Shown: positions 29,216 to 37,933 of the stretch, in pieces
Layout: every line of letters starts with the position of its first letter
Numbering within the stretch: position 1 is the first letter of the stretch
Origin: a virus
Lineage: Duplodnaviria; Caudoviricetes
Direction: 5' to 3' (one strand)
Virus record (IMG/VR): IMGVR_UViG_3300000502_000002
Span: 1-53,881 of that record
Length of the DNA stretch: 53,881 nucleotides
The notes under the pieces: generated by a model
Told to the model about the DNA's origin: nothing
Database searches by the model: none
Seen by the model: the letters and a program-made list of their open reading frames with translations, nothing else
Made by a program: the position numbers and the translations under genes

Positions 29216-29368
29216 TGTTTCTCCCTCGCCGGATTCTCACGTTCAACAGGGGGCCATTTCGGTTAATGGCGTGTCCCGCGCGTTCCGGCTTTACTTTTAT
29301 CGGGGGCCTTTCCTGCGTATCCTTCCGCCACTACGGCGCAAGGGGCATGGTATTTGGCGTGTCCCGCG

Positions 29369-29638
29369 TTAAAAAGCCTTTTGCATACCGCCTCGTTTGG
29401 CGTTAACTTGTTCGTATAGCTTTCGTGAAAGGTCGGTTGCGTTCTCAATGACCTTAATCAGCTCCCGGACCTCTCTGGCATGCCCTTGAATAATGCGATA
29501 CTCTGCCTCACTACCGGCATCAACAAGCATGTCTTTGTATCTCGATAACCGAGCAACAAGGTCGTTATAGACCGCCCCTCCCTCCAACGACTCGTACTCA
29601 TTGAGGGTCTTGTGGTCAAGCTTTGTCGTATCGATCAC
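29369..29638 (-). CDS. Small head protein (Bbp19-like position)
   Basis: 89 aa overlapping the portal stop; R.IQG.A pattern. Confidence 0.65.
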   Translation of the reverse strand: MIDTTKLDHKTLNEYESLEGGAVYNDLVARLSRYKDMLVDAGSEAEYRIIQGHAREVRELIKVIENATDLSRKLYEQVNAKRGGMQKAF

Positions 29639-31785
29639 GCCGCCGCCCCAGGTTGGTTCTGAAACATATTCGCTCCTGTTCCACCTGCCGGATTCCCGGC
29701 GTTATCTAGTTCTTGCGGTATTTCTTCTGGAGCAACACCGGCCCCAAGAATCGATGCAGGGTTTTGCCCAGAAGCAAGCAATTGCTGCTCTTTTTTGATA
29801 AGTTGGGCCTCAAGGTTTTTCAGAGCTTCGTCGTCCGGGACAATTTCAATATCATCTACCTCTGCTAACCTGAGCGCTTCCCGCAGCAGTGCTGCTCGGC
29901 CCTTGAGCCCAACGATTTGCATATCAGTCGGATTATTGGTTGACCTCAGCAATTCATTGGTTCTCAGCATCCGCTGTTCTTTTGCCATAAGGCTTGACGA
30001 TCCTTTTGCCCTGATTCTCAAATCACCCTTAATGGAATCATCATCGTCATACATCATGTTGTAGTCATAAGCCCTTGTGACCGCGCCGGAAATCATATTG
30101 TCGATATGGGAAATAACCTCCTTGACTCCGCGAGCAGCGCTTGTCATCAACATAGACAGGCCGCTTGAAGTATCTCCTGCGCCGCCAATATTAGTGTTCC
30201 CATGACTCCATCGCGGAACACCGGTCTGGTCGTCAGCCATTAGGGAAAACGAGTTGAAGACTTTCAGTAATGGGTCGACAATAATCCTTGGCTGATAAAA
30301 ACGAAGCGCTGGAGCCTCAGACATTTGGTCGTTTTCAGCTTCCCAGATGCGCCAGGGCCAAAACTCTTCTGAATCCCTAACGCGGCTCTTGTTGACCTCG
30401 ACCTGCGGGCCGGAGGCCAAACCAGCGTTGTTGACAATCGCCCTTGCCAGAGCGTTGCAGACATCCTGGATGTCACTCATAAGCTCCGGGATACCATGCC
30501 CCCAGATTGCCCCAGGAACGCGCTCAAACGAATCAACACTGTAGGGCTTACGCCCGAGTTGGTCAGGGTTAAGCACTGCCTTTATCGTGTAATCCCCGAC
30601 CAGCCAGGCATTAATCTCGTATTCCATCTCAGGGTCAATGTCGCCTCCAGACATGCCCCACTCAATCAAATACCTTCCAGGAACAGACCCCCAATATTCA
30701 ATCGCCTCAATATCTCCGCTAGACGAGCTGAGCAAAAAATCTTGGCTACGATGCTCAATTTGTGCGCGCTGGCTATCGATCGGCAAATGCTCCCTTGGGC
30801 TGCCATTGGCATAGGCATTCAGGGCGCCACGGATATGCTCATCGTTGTACCCAGGAACGCCAAGCATCGCGACAAGATCGTTTCGCTTCAGCCGATGCCT
30901 CTCGCAGATATCGCCATCGTTAACATTGCGGATGCCGGGGGCAGGATAAAAATCAAGGGGGCTGACTCGATAGAATTCAGGCGTTAACGCATAGCTGGCC
31001 TTGACGCGCCATTTGCCTGTCGAGTTGTCCATGACCCATTTCATGCGCTTTTTTCGGCGCACGACAGGGCCCTTCAGGATTGCAGACGGCATAGTAACCA
31101 GATCGGAGACAATGCCAGCGAAAGCGCTTGACCACCCGCCCTCGGTCATCTGGTCCTCAATCTTGGTTGACATCCTCTCTGCCCGCTTCTCGGCCTCCCT
31201 CTGGACCTTTTTCAGAGCATCATCTTTTGACTTTGCAAGGAACTGCCTAACTTCCTCGCGAATATCATCAAGATTGACGACCTGGCCAAGAGCCTGGACC
31301 TGAGAAGCAACCTCACGCACAAGAAACTGAGCGTCTTGTTTAATTGACATTTCAACGGCTGGCGGAAGATCTGCTATCGGGGTCGGCTTAACAGTCCACG
31401 GCCGATCACTCACGGGGCGCATCACGTCCATAATCCAGGCTTCACAGGCGCGGCACTTCGTCGCTGTCAACATCACATAGACATCGCTACCGCCCATCTT
31501 CCTGATCGCCGCTAACTTATCGCTCTCATAAACTCCATAGCGCTGCCGCAGGCTCTTGAGCATCTGATTCTCAATAGGAATCTTTGCCTGTTTGGCGCGC
31601 TGCCAGCATCTTTTTATGTGGGAAGAAAGGTGTGAGACGATCATGAGATGACGGCCTTCAGCTTTTCTTGCAGCCTCTTCCCGCTCTTTCTGCTCTGATA
31701 GCAGGGCGTCGTTATTCCTGATCTTCACAAGACCAACAGAACTCACGCCATTGCCGTGTTGTGTGATCGGTATCACACCAGCCAT
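29635..31785 (-). CDS. Portal protein
   Basis: About 716 aa from ATG 31785 (MAGVIP); RVSP.DFYP, WG.GIPELM.D.Q..CN..AR and T.SG.SMLM motifs of podovirus portals. Confidence 0.88.
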   Translation of the reverse strand: MAGVIPITQHGNGVSSVGLVKIRNNDALLSEQKEREEAARKAEGRHLMIVSHLSSHIKRCWQRAKQAKIPIENQMLKSLRQRYGVYESDKLAAIRKMGGSDVYVMLTATKCRACEAWIMDVMRPVSDRPWTVKPTPIADLPPAVEMSIKQDAQFLVREVASQVQALGQVVNLDDIREEVRQFLAKSKDDALKKVQREAEKRAERMSTKIEDQMTEGGWSSAFAGIVSDLVTMPSAILKGPVVRRKKRMKWVMDNSTGKWRVKASYALTPEFYRVSPLDFYPAPGIRNVNDGDICERHRLKRNDLVAMLGVPGYNDEHIRGALNAYANGSPREHLPIDSQRAQIEHRSQDFLLSSSSGDIEAIEYWGSVPGRYLIEWGMSGGDIDPEMEYEINAWLVGDYTIKAVLNPDQLGRKPYSVDSFERVPGAIWGHGIPELMSDIQDVCNALARAIVNNAGLASGPQVEVNKSRVRDSEEFWPWRIWEAENDQMSEAPALRFYQPRIIVDPLLKVFNSFSLMADDQTGVPRWSHGNTNIGGAGDTSSGLSMLMTSAARGVKEVISHIDNMISGAVTRAYDYNMMYDDDDSIKGDLRIRAKGSSSLMAKEQRMLRTNELLRSTNNPTDMQIVGLKGRAALLREALRLAEVDDIEIVPDDEALKNLEAQLIKKEQQLLASGQNPASILGAGVAPEEIPQELDNAGNPAGGTGANMFQNQPGAAA

Positions 31786-31807
31786 CTCAACCCCATTCCA
31801 CGCAAAC

Positions 31808-31898
31808 AAAAAAACCCCGACCCAGTAACGAGAAGGAAGCTCCAATCAAAAGGAGCAAGCGAAAGCTTCCTAACTTCTTGCGTTACCTGGTCGGGGTT
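31808..31898 (-). terminator. Long hairpin with U tract just upstream of the portal gene
   Basis: Minus strand AACCCCGACC...GGTCGGGGTT followed by TTTTT, with inner pairings GTAACG/CGTTAC and AGGAAGCT/AGCTTCCT. Confidence 0.65.
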
Positions 31899-31996
31899 AC
31901 ATTGCCCCCCTGGTCTATGCCAGGAGAGATATAACGTACCGAAACCCTTGGTACTATCTCAACCTTTTCCAACTCAAATCGGAAAGGATTATTTTT

Positions 31997-32155
31997 TTAC
32001 AGTTTCATTTTCACGACCTCGACCGTCAACAACCGACCCTCGGCACAATTCAGCTTCAATTCACATGTGGACTTAGGCATGATACCAAGAGTTTCAAGGC
32101 AGGAAGCGATTTGCTGCTTATCCTTGGCCGTTAACGGCTTTGTGCGCGATGTCAT
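31997..32155 (-). CDS. Small 52-aa protein missing from the ORF track
   Basis: MTSRTKPLTAKDKQQIASCLETLGIMPKSTCELKLNCAEGRLLTVEVVKMKL; SD AGAGGG; fills the terL-portal gap. Confidence 0.65.
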   Translation of the reverse strand: MTSRTKPLTAKDKQQIASCLETLGIMPKSTCELKLNCAEGRLLTVEVVKMKL

Positions 32156-32244
32156 GTATTGTGCCCTCTAACTATCTTATATTCTTTACTGTTGCACACA
32201 TTCGAGCATAGCTAGCTCGAAATGGTCAAGGTCACAAAAACGAA

Positions 32245-34140
32245 TTATGTCCAGCCTCGACGATCAATTTTTGATCGCGTTCCACTGCCTTTCCCGTTTT
32301 GCCTATTCAAACTAGAAAAGAATCCATCAGACGCAGCCTTTACTGTGGCCGGAACCGGTATAACTTGGCGCAAATACTTAGCGATGGCAATCGAAATAAC
32401 CCGGTCATCGTGCATCCCTGTGTCAGCTTCCATTTTGCCGTTATCTTGAATCTTGAACGACATCATTTCTTCCAATGTCCCAGCGCACCTAACACCATGA
32501 ACGCCTTCCCTAACCTCCCTAACGAGGTTGTCAATAATCAGCGGCCTAGTTGCTGAGCTTGTTTGCCAGCCATAGCGCTTGCGCGGCTTCCCAGGAGGCT
32601 CAGGGACCATCTCAGCATAGATATTCTGGTAGCCAGAATTGACAATAACCGTTAACGTCGTCAGCCCATGGTTATTTCGCTCTACTCCAAGCCATGCCAT
32701 GTTGTAGCGGCGTCCAAGCATCATCAAAATAACACCGTACTGGTCTGGGTCAACCTTTCCATGCCAGTGGGCAACCTGCTGCCCGGTTAGATGGTCGACC
32801 ACATCAGCACTTGAATAGTCACCCTTAACGAGGCCCTCGGCAACATCGGCACCGATAACGTATGCCCTGCTTGGACGCGGCTCTTCCCAAACCTGCAAGC
32901 GCCCCTCGTTTTTTTCTTTGGTGATCCACTGACCAACACCGGTAAGAGCTTCATAACGTGCGACTGGCACCGGAGCAGCCTCTTTCAGCCGGAGCAGCTT
33001 AATGTTGTCGAAAACAGGCCGGCCGGAGCCAATAAAGGCGTCTTCAGGGTTTGCCGGATACTCCTGGTTGAAAGTATCCAAGCTGCCGTTACATTCGTTG
33101 TCGATTGTGAGCCTACGCCAATAGAGCTGGGCGAGCGTGAGCCCTTTATCTTCAAACAGCGCAACCTCATTCCCGTACTGATCTCCATCGCGGTTCCCGA
33201 GTTGATCTAGGAATTTCTCAGCGTCAGGCGGTCTAACTTGGTACTTTTCAAAGACAAACCAAGGCAGAAAGATCGAGGTGTAAAAGCTTGTTTCTGGGGC
33301 AGAGCTATTGACCTGCTCCAGAACTATTGCAGCCTTCTCCATATCCTTGGCCGTTAACCGCAACCTGCCCATGCGCTTTCTTTTAGTGATCGCAGGGTCG
33401 AGGCCAGTCACCCAGAATCGAAACCGCGCACCCCAGAAGCGAAGATAAAATTCTCCACCAATCCCCTTTGCGGTCGATTCAAAAACAACCTCGCTGTCCG
33501 GGTCGGACCTCGGAACGCATTGCAAGATAGACGTTAGGAGGGACGAGGTATTCTCCGCAGGCCATTTGGACACCTCAGACAAGTGGCAATAATGTATCAG
33601 CTGGCCAGAGCCAAAGTCTTCTTTACCGGCAGTCGCAACCCGAAAACCGCTATTTAGACCACGCCCCTTTTTATTATTAAACTCAAGGAGTTTCGTATTG
33701 TTATAGAGCGTTTCAGGGCGCATCCACTCAGGAGTGAAGCTATAAAACCGCTTGACCATCTTAAACAGAGCGTCAGTCGCCTCCGGTTCATGCGTAACCT
33801 GCGTTGCGTACCGGTTATGGTTCCAGCTTGTTTTATGGTAATAGCGCCCAGAGAAATAAGTCGAGAAGCCCATACGGCGAGCCTTCAGCGCAATTAGCCG
33901 GATCGGCCTAACCTTTTTGATCTCGGTAACAATGCGGTGCAGAACGCGCTGGGGGCCATTCAGTTCAAACTTGACAATCTCGCTCTCCATGGTCTGAACC
34001 CGGAGAATTCTTTTTCCAAAAAACAGAAAATCGTCACGGTAGGAGCTGAGAACCTTATTTATTTTCTCCGCTGACGGAGGTTGGACTTGTTCGCCATCAT
34101 CATCACTCTGGCCATTCGCCGTCGTCTTCGTCTTCGTCAT
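32245..34140 (-). CDS. terL: Terminase large subunit
   Basis: LKARRMGFST (Walker A), HLSE (Walker B), ESTAKG, nuclease domain IGADVAEG...DYS, ERNNHG and HDD motifs. Confidence 0.95.
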   Translation of the reverse strand: MTKTKTTANGQSDDDGEQVQPPSAEKINKVLSSYRDDFLFFGKRILRVQTMESEIVKFELNGPQRVLHRIVTEIKKVRPIRLIALKARRMGFSTYFSGRYYHKTSWNHNRYATQVTHEPEATDALFKMVKRFYSFTPEWMRPETLYNNTKLLEFNNKKGRGLNSGFRVATAGKEDFGSGQLIHYCHLSEVSKWPAENTSSLLTSILQCVPRSDPDSEVVFESTAKGIGGEFYLRFWGARFRFWVTGLDPAITKRKRMGRLRLTAKDMEKAAIVLEQVNSSAPETSFYTSIFLPWFVFEKYQVRPPDAEKFLDQLGNRDGDQYGNEVALFEDKGLTLAQLYWRRLTIDNECNGSLDTFNQEYPANPEDAFIGSGRPVFDNIKLLRLKEAAPVPVARYEALTGVGQWITKEKNEGRLQVWEEPRPSRAYVIGADVAEGLVKGDYSSADVVDHLTGQQVAHWHGKVDPDQYGVILMMLGRRYNMAWLGVERNNHGLTTLTVIVNSGYQNIYAEMVPEPPGKPRKRYGWQTSSATRPLIIDNLVREVREGVHGVRCAGTLEEMMSFKIQDNGKMEADTGMHDDRVISIAIAKYLRQVIPVPATVKAASDGFFSSLNRQNGKGSGTRSKIDRRGWT

Positions 34141-34777
34141 TTTCTAGCCCGTTAACGCCATCGACAATCTCGTAGTAATCTTCCTTCGGAATGTCGATTG
34201 GGAGATCCTTTGTTCCGCCTTCAATCGTCAGCTCAAGCAATCGCTGCTCGAAAGTAATTTCCTCAATCTCAACCTTCTTCGGAGCGCGTGAACCAGTGAT
34301 ATCGAGGGCGGTCTCAAGATATTTGTGCCGAACATCATGATCAGGCACCATTTCGATATCCTGCCCTTTTTTCACTGGCCGCTCGGCCTTAAGGCCAGAG
34401 GCGATTATTTTTGCGAGTTCTTTCTCGGTGATTTGCTCATCAGCAAGAGCCTGAATAAGTGCGCTATTTCTATCCTTATGCTTGTCTATCACCTGTCGAG
34501 CCACCCGCGCTGCCGAACCTTGCGTCGTCACGTTGTAGCCTGCCTCAACGGCTGAATCGGCCAAGGTCATGTTTTTCAGAAACCGGTTTTTTAACAGTGC
34601 TATTTCCCGCTGTGTCGCCTCACCTGAAATCGATTCAGAGAGTGCCGTCCCTTTTTTTCTGCCACCGACGTTAACGCCCTTTTGTCCGCTCTTCGGGAGA
34701 GCGAGCCGTTTCTGTGACTTCGGAGCCGTACCGTTTCGAGCCCTTTTCGCGCCATCTTGATTTTTTCTATTCGCCAT
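34103..34777 (-). CDS. terS: Terminase small subunit
   Basis: SA..AGY helix-turn-helix pattern; overlaps the terL start. Confidence 0.7.
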   Translation of the reverse strand: MANRKNQDGAKRARNGTAPKSQKRLALPKSGQKGVNVGGRKKGTALSESISGEATQREIALLKNRFLKNMTLADSAVEAGYNVTTQGSAARVARQVIDKHKDRNSALIQALADEQITEKELAKIIASGLKAERPVKKGQDIEMVPDHDVRHKYLETALDITGSRAPKKVEIEEITFEQRLLELTIEGGTKDLPIDIPKEDYYEIVDGVNGLENDEDEDDGEWPE

Positions 34778-35192
34778 TGCTTACAATCCTTAACTTCGTG
34801 CTATCGCCAGAAACGGACACTTCGAAGTCGCCCATATCTCCGATTAGGATGCTGCCCTCATACCCCCAAACCTTTGACGCTCGGCCGTCCCATATATGCG
34901 AGTCTTCACTGAAAAGTGCGTCAAAAAGCGCCTTTTCGAGATTGTCTTTGTCCGGCCTGCTCTTATGGGGAGAGAAGAAATTTTCAGCCTTTCTCTTACC
35001 TGACCAAGACTGCGGCATAGGAAGAACGAAAACGATATGGCAGCAAGAATCTTCAAGCGTGACACGGTGCCGTCTCACTTCGTCCTTGAATTCTCGATAC
35101 CTAACAACGCAAGGCCGCTTCTTCCATTTGTCGGATGCAGTCATGCGAGGCTTCCCCATTGGAGTAATCGGGTAAACCTTCACCATCGGCAT
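34767..35192 (-). CDS. rusA: RusA family Holliday junction resolvase
   Basis: PMGKPRMT, F.LPMP.SWS and RPDKDNL.KA..DAL...D motifs. Confidence 0.9.
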   Translation of the reverse strand: MPMVKVYPITPMGKPRMTASDKWKKRPCVVRYREFKDEVRRHRVTLEDSCCHIVFVLPMPQSWSGKRKAENFFSPHKSRPDKDNLEKALFDALFSEDSHIWDGRASKVWGYEGSILIGDMGDFEVSVSGDSTKLRIVSNGE

Positions 35193-35638
35193 TCCTTCGG
35201 CGGGAAAGTTAACCTCTTTTCCATATCCAAAATAATTGGGATGATGGCTTCGTCTCCAGCCTCCTTGGCCCGCTCAAGACAAACCTCAACCGGAGTATCG
35301 ACAACGTAGAAGGATGTCTCCCACTCCTCATCAGAGCGAAGCCCGTTCCGACGATCCTCAGTTATGTTTGTCGCGTCAAAAACTACAAGATTTGAGCCTG
35401 CCATAAACAGAGCCCTCACCATTGTTTTGGCTGTGGCCCAAACATACGGCTCTGCCGATGCAATAAACTTATGACCGTGGATCGCCACCCTGATTGAGTC
35501 AGGGTTGACAACCGGAGCGCCATGGAACATGGTCATAGCGGCCATCGATTTCCCGGAATACGGAAGGCCAACCATGGCAATAAGGGTTTTTCTCTTTGGT
35601 GTTAACTTGTCAAATTTAATAACTTCGCCACTATTCAT
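35180..35638 (-). CDS. P-loop kinase (polynucleotide-kinase/AAA_33-like)
   Basis: GLPYSGKS Walker A, D.IR, VFDATN...R and C.ER motifs. Confidence 0.8.
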   Translation of the reverse strand: MNSGEVIKFDKLTPKRKTLIAMVGLPYSGKSMAAMTMFHGAPVVNPDSIRVAIHGHKFIASAEPYVWATAKTMVRALFMAGSNLVVFDATNITEDRRNGLRSDEEWETSFYVVDTPVEVCLERAKEAGDEAIIPIILDMEKRLTFPPKECRW

Positions 35639-35859
35639 TAGGAACGCCCTTTACCTCTATGCGGTTTTTTCCGCGTTATATGCCAGTCCCCGCAAAATGG
35701 ACACTTGTACGCATACATCCGCTTTGACCAAGAACGCCCCTTCCTCTTCTCGAACTTTCTAGCGTGGAGATATGCGTCTTTTCTTGATCGATAGGAAACC
35801 TTGCCATCCCCATGACAGTAGAGCGGTGGCGTAGAACAGTCATGCAGAACAAGCTCCAT
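35638..35859 (-). CDS. Small zinc-finger protein
   Basis: C..GK..Y...A and YKCPFCGDWHIT motifs. Confidence 0.7.
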   Translation of the reverse strand: MELVLHDCSTPPLYCHGDGKVSYRSRKDAYLHARKFEKRKGRSWSKRMYAYKCPFCGDWHITRKKPHRGKGRS

Positions 35860-35863
35860 AGCA

Positions 35864-36070
35864 CTATTCTCCGTACTCTCCTTCGAGAAGCTTTCTCTTG
35901 AACTGCTCGACAGTCCATAGAGCTTGCCGCTCAGTCACGTTATGGCTTGACCGGACATCGAGCATCCCATCCTTGGCAAACCCGATAACAATCAGTTCTT
36001 CGTACACGCCCTTCGCGGACTCAAGAACATCGTCAGGCTCAACCCTTCCAATCTCGATCAAATCACCCAT
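35864..36070 (-). CDS. Hypothetical protein
   Basis: 68 aa packed in the operon; D.VLE.AKG and IIG patterns of small phage proteins. Confidence 0.6.
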   Translation of the reverse strand: MGDLIEIGRVEPDDVLESAKGVYEELIVIGFAKDGMLDVRSSHNVTERQALWTVEQFKRKLLEGEYGE

Positions 36071-36354
36071 TTCACATTCCCTTCAGCAAAACAGCAGAGA
36101 GTATCGATCAGATCCTTCTCGACACACCCACCGGCCTTAGATGAAATATCAATGAGCTTCATGAACCCTACGATATCCGACATGTCAGTAACGACAAGCC
36201 GCACACTAATCCTTTCAGGAAGTCCGTCATTATCACCCTCAAGGGTTATCCCGCTTCGCTCGCCGCATAGTGGGCAGGCCCAAGTTCTAATCTCCCGAAA
36301 GCCGTCAGTCTCAACGTCTGGAGCAAGGTTGGCTGAACATCGAAAACATTTCAT
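36058..36354 (-). CDS. Zinc-ribbon protein
   Basis: CFRC...CPLCG; start overlaps the upstream stop (ATGA). Confidence 0.6.
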   Translation of the reverse strand: MKCFRCSANLAPDVETDGFREIRTWACPLCGERSGITLEGDNDGLPERISVRLVVTDMSDIVGFMKLIDISSKAGGCVEKDLIDTLCCFAEGNVKWVI

Positions 36355-37049
36355 TTGTCTCTCTCCGGGTAGATGACGAACTCAGAGCACTCAGCACCGG
36401 TCATCATGCAGCAACACATAACCTGGTCGGGGCAATCACAACACGGAGGCAAGGCTAAATCCTGAGCTTGGAACTCCACTGAATCATTAAGATTTTTGGC
36501 AATAAAATCTCTATAAAGGGTGGCGTTTTTAAGATATGTCCTGATCCGCCCGGCATCGCACCGGCCTGACGAAAGTAAAGATTTCCAGAGGTATTGCGAA
36601 ATATCGACCATCCGCTTTCTTGATACCGTCCGCCTCCATGCAGTAGAACCGGGTGCGTCTAAGTCGTATTTCGGGAATGCGTCAAATGGGTAGTCTCGTT
36701 GCCCAGGATAAAGACAATCGTCTTCTGACAACCCCTTAAACGTCCCGCGCTTGATCAAAAGGTTTTCGATATGCGACCCCTTTCCGCCGCTCCACTCCGG
36801 CATAAAAACGACCTTCGTTGCCTTCCGCAAGAGTTTCATTTCCATGCGCATATATTCGGCCCAGCAGAGCCGCCTTTGTTCCGTCATCTCTGATGGGCTT
36901 AAGACTTCGCAGCCGTATTTAGTCCGGAGCAGTGTTGCCGCGACAAGGAACAGGGGGCGATTAAAGAACGGCCGGCCGGAGGCCAACCCAGAAAGAAAAA
37001 CAGTATCTGACTCTGAAATTTTGCTGGACTTCATGATTTGACCACCCAC
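36351..37049 (-). CDS. DUF4406-like (nucleoside deoxyribosyltransferase-like) protein with Cys-rich tail
   Basis: VFLSG..SG.P.FN.P.F, W..YM and W..KG..IE motifs. Confidence 0.7.
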   Translation of the reverse strand: MGGQIMKSSKISESDTVFLSGLASGRPFFNRPLFLVAATLLRTKYGCEVLSPSEMTEQRRLCWAEYMRMEMKLLRKATKVVFMPEWSGGKGSHIENLLIKRGTFKGLSEDDCLYPGQRDYPFDAFPKYDLDAPGSTAWRRTVSRKRMVDISQYLWKSLLSSGRCDAGRIRTYLKNATLYRDFIAKNLNDSVEFQAQDLALPPCCDCPDQVMCCCMMTGAECSEFVIYPERDK

Positions 37050-37050
37050 C

Positions 37051-37632
37051 TCAATAGCCCGAAAACACTTTGAACGTTTCCTCTACGAATCTTCTTCTGG
37101 CGGATTCGCTGGACATCAGAAACGAACACACCCCAGAGCCAATAGAAAAATCAGTCGAGGAATCTTGTGGATCACCACTCTCGCAGTGGCCTGCAGGAGC
37201 TTGATTCTTGGCACGACTTTCCGCCATCGCGACATCGGAAAGTGATTTGATTGAAAAAACTAGCCTGCGCAGGTAGCGCACTGCTTCAGACAACATCGCG
37301 GCGTTAGAAACTGGCTCCTCAAGCTTCGGGCCAACACACGAAACGCGACCAGTTCTGTAGCAGGCATAAGAACGAAGGAATCTAGTTGAATCGCTTTCTA
37401 CAAGCTCATCGTCAGGTAGAATCTCCGCATCGCCAACGGACACCTCAGCAAGCCCCCTAACGCTTCTGCCCATATCTTCGATAGTGCCCTTCATCAAGTC
37501 GCAAAGCTCAATGATCTCCGCAGAAAGCATGTCGTCTTCAGTTGGGATGCGCCCACCGCAAAGATCTTGCTCAGATAACTCTTCCATTCCCATATCGAAC
37601 CACCTCAAGGTACTTTTAATTTCGCTCTTCAT
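37051..37632 (-). CDS. Hypothetical protein, first gene of the leftward operon
   Basis: 193-aa ORF abutting the next gene; a palindrome occupies the usual SD position. Confidence 0.6.
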   Translation of the reverse strand: MKSEIKSTLRWFDMGMEELSEQDLCGGRIPTEDDMLSAEIIELCDLMKGTIEDMGRSVRGLAEVSVGDAEILPDDELVESDSTRFLRSYACYRTGRVSCVGPKLEEPVSNAAMLSEAVRYLRRLVFSIKSLSDVAMAESRAKNQAPAGHCESGDPQDSSTDFSIGSGVCSFLMSSESARRRFVEETFKVFSGY

Positions 37633-37836
37633 TCCAATTCAATTGGATCATATTCACATTTTATTTGCAACAGGAAAAACACTTTATGAAAATCGGGGAG
37701 CTATTAAGAGGGGGAGAAAAACCTTATAGAGCGGGGGTCCCCACTGTCGGAGGGGTATGGGTGTACCGTGGGGGGGGGCTGCAACGCCAGAGCCATAAAG
37801 AGCCCTACGTTAGCCAGTTCCTACCAAAGAAATACA

Positions 37837-37933
37837 GGCCTACGGATTCTGTAACCGTTGCCGCTTCCTCGGAAACGCCCTATTTATGAGGCTTTCAGCA
37901 GAAAAACCGGCAAATGGTATCAAAAATGGTATC
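37837..37933. other. Internal att-like site (core match plus tandem arm-type repeats)
   Basis: GGCCTACGGATT at 37837-37848 is identical to 5-16; TGGTATC at 37915 and 37927. Confidence 0.6.

Noticed and set aside
37842-37858. Internal att-like site as a tRNA gene remnant
   Set aside because: No T-arm, D-arm or acceptor stem flanks it. The minus-strand loop TACAGAA lacks the invariant U33.
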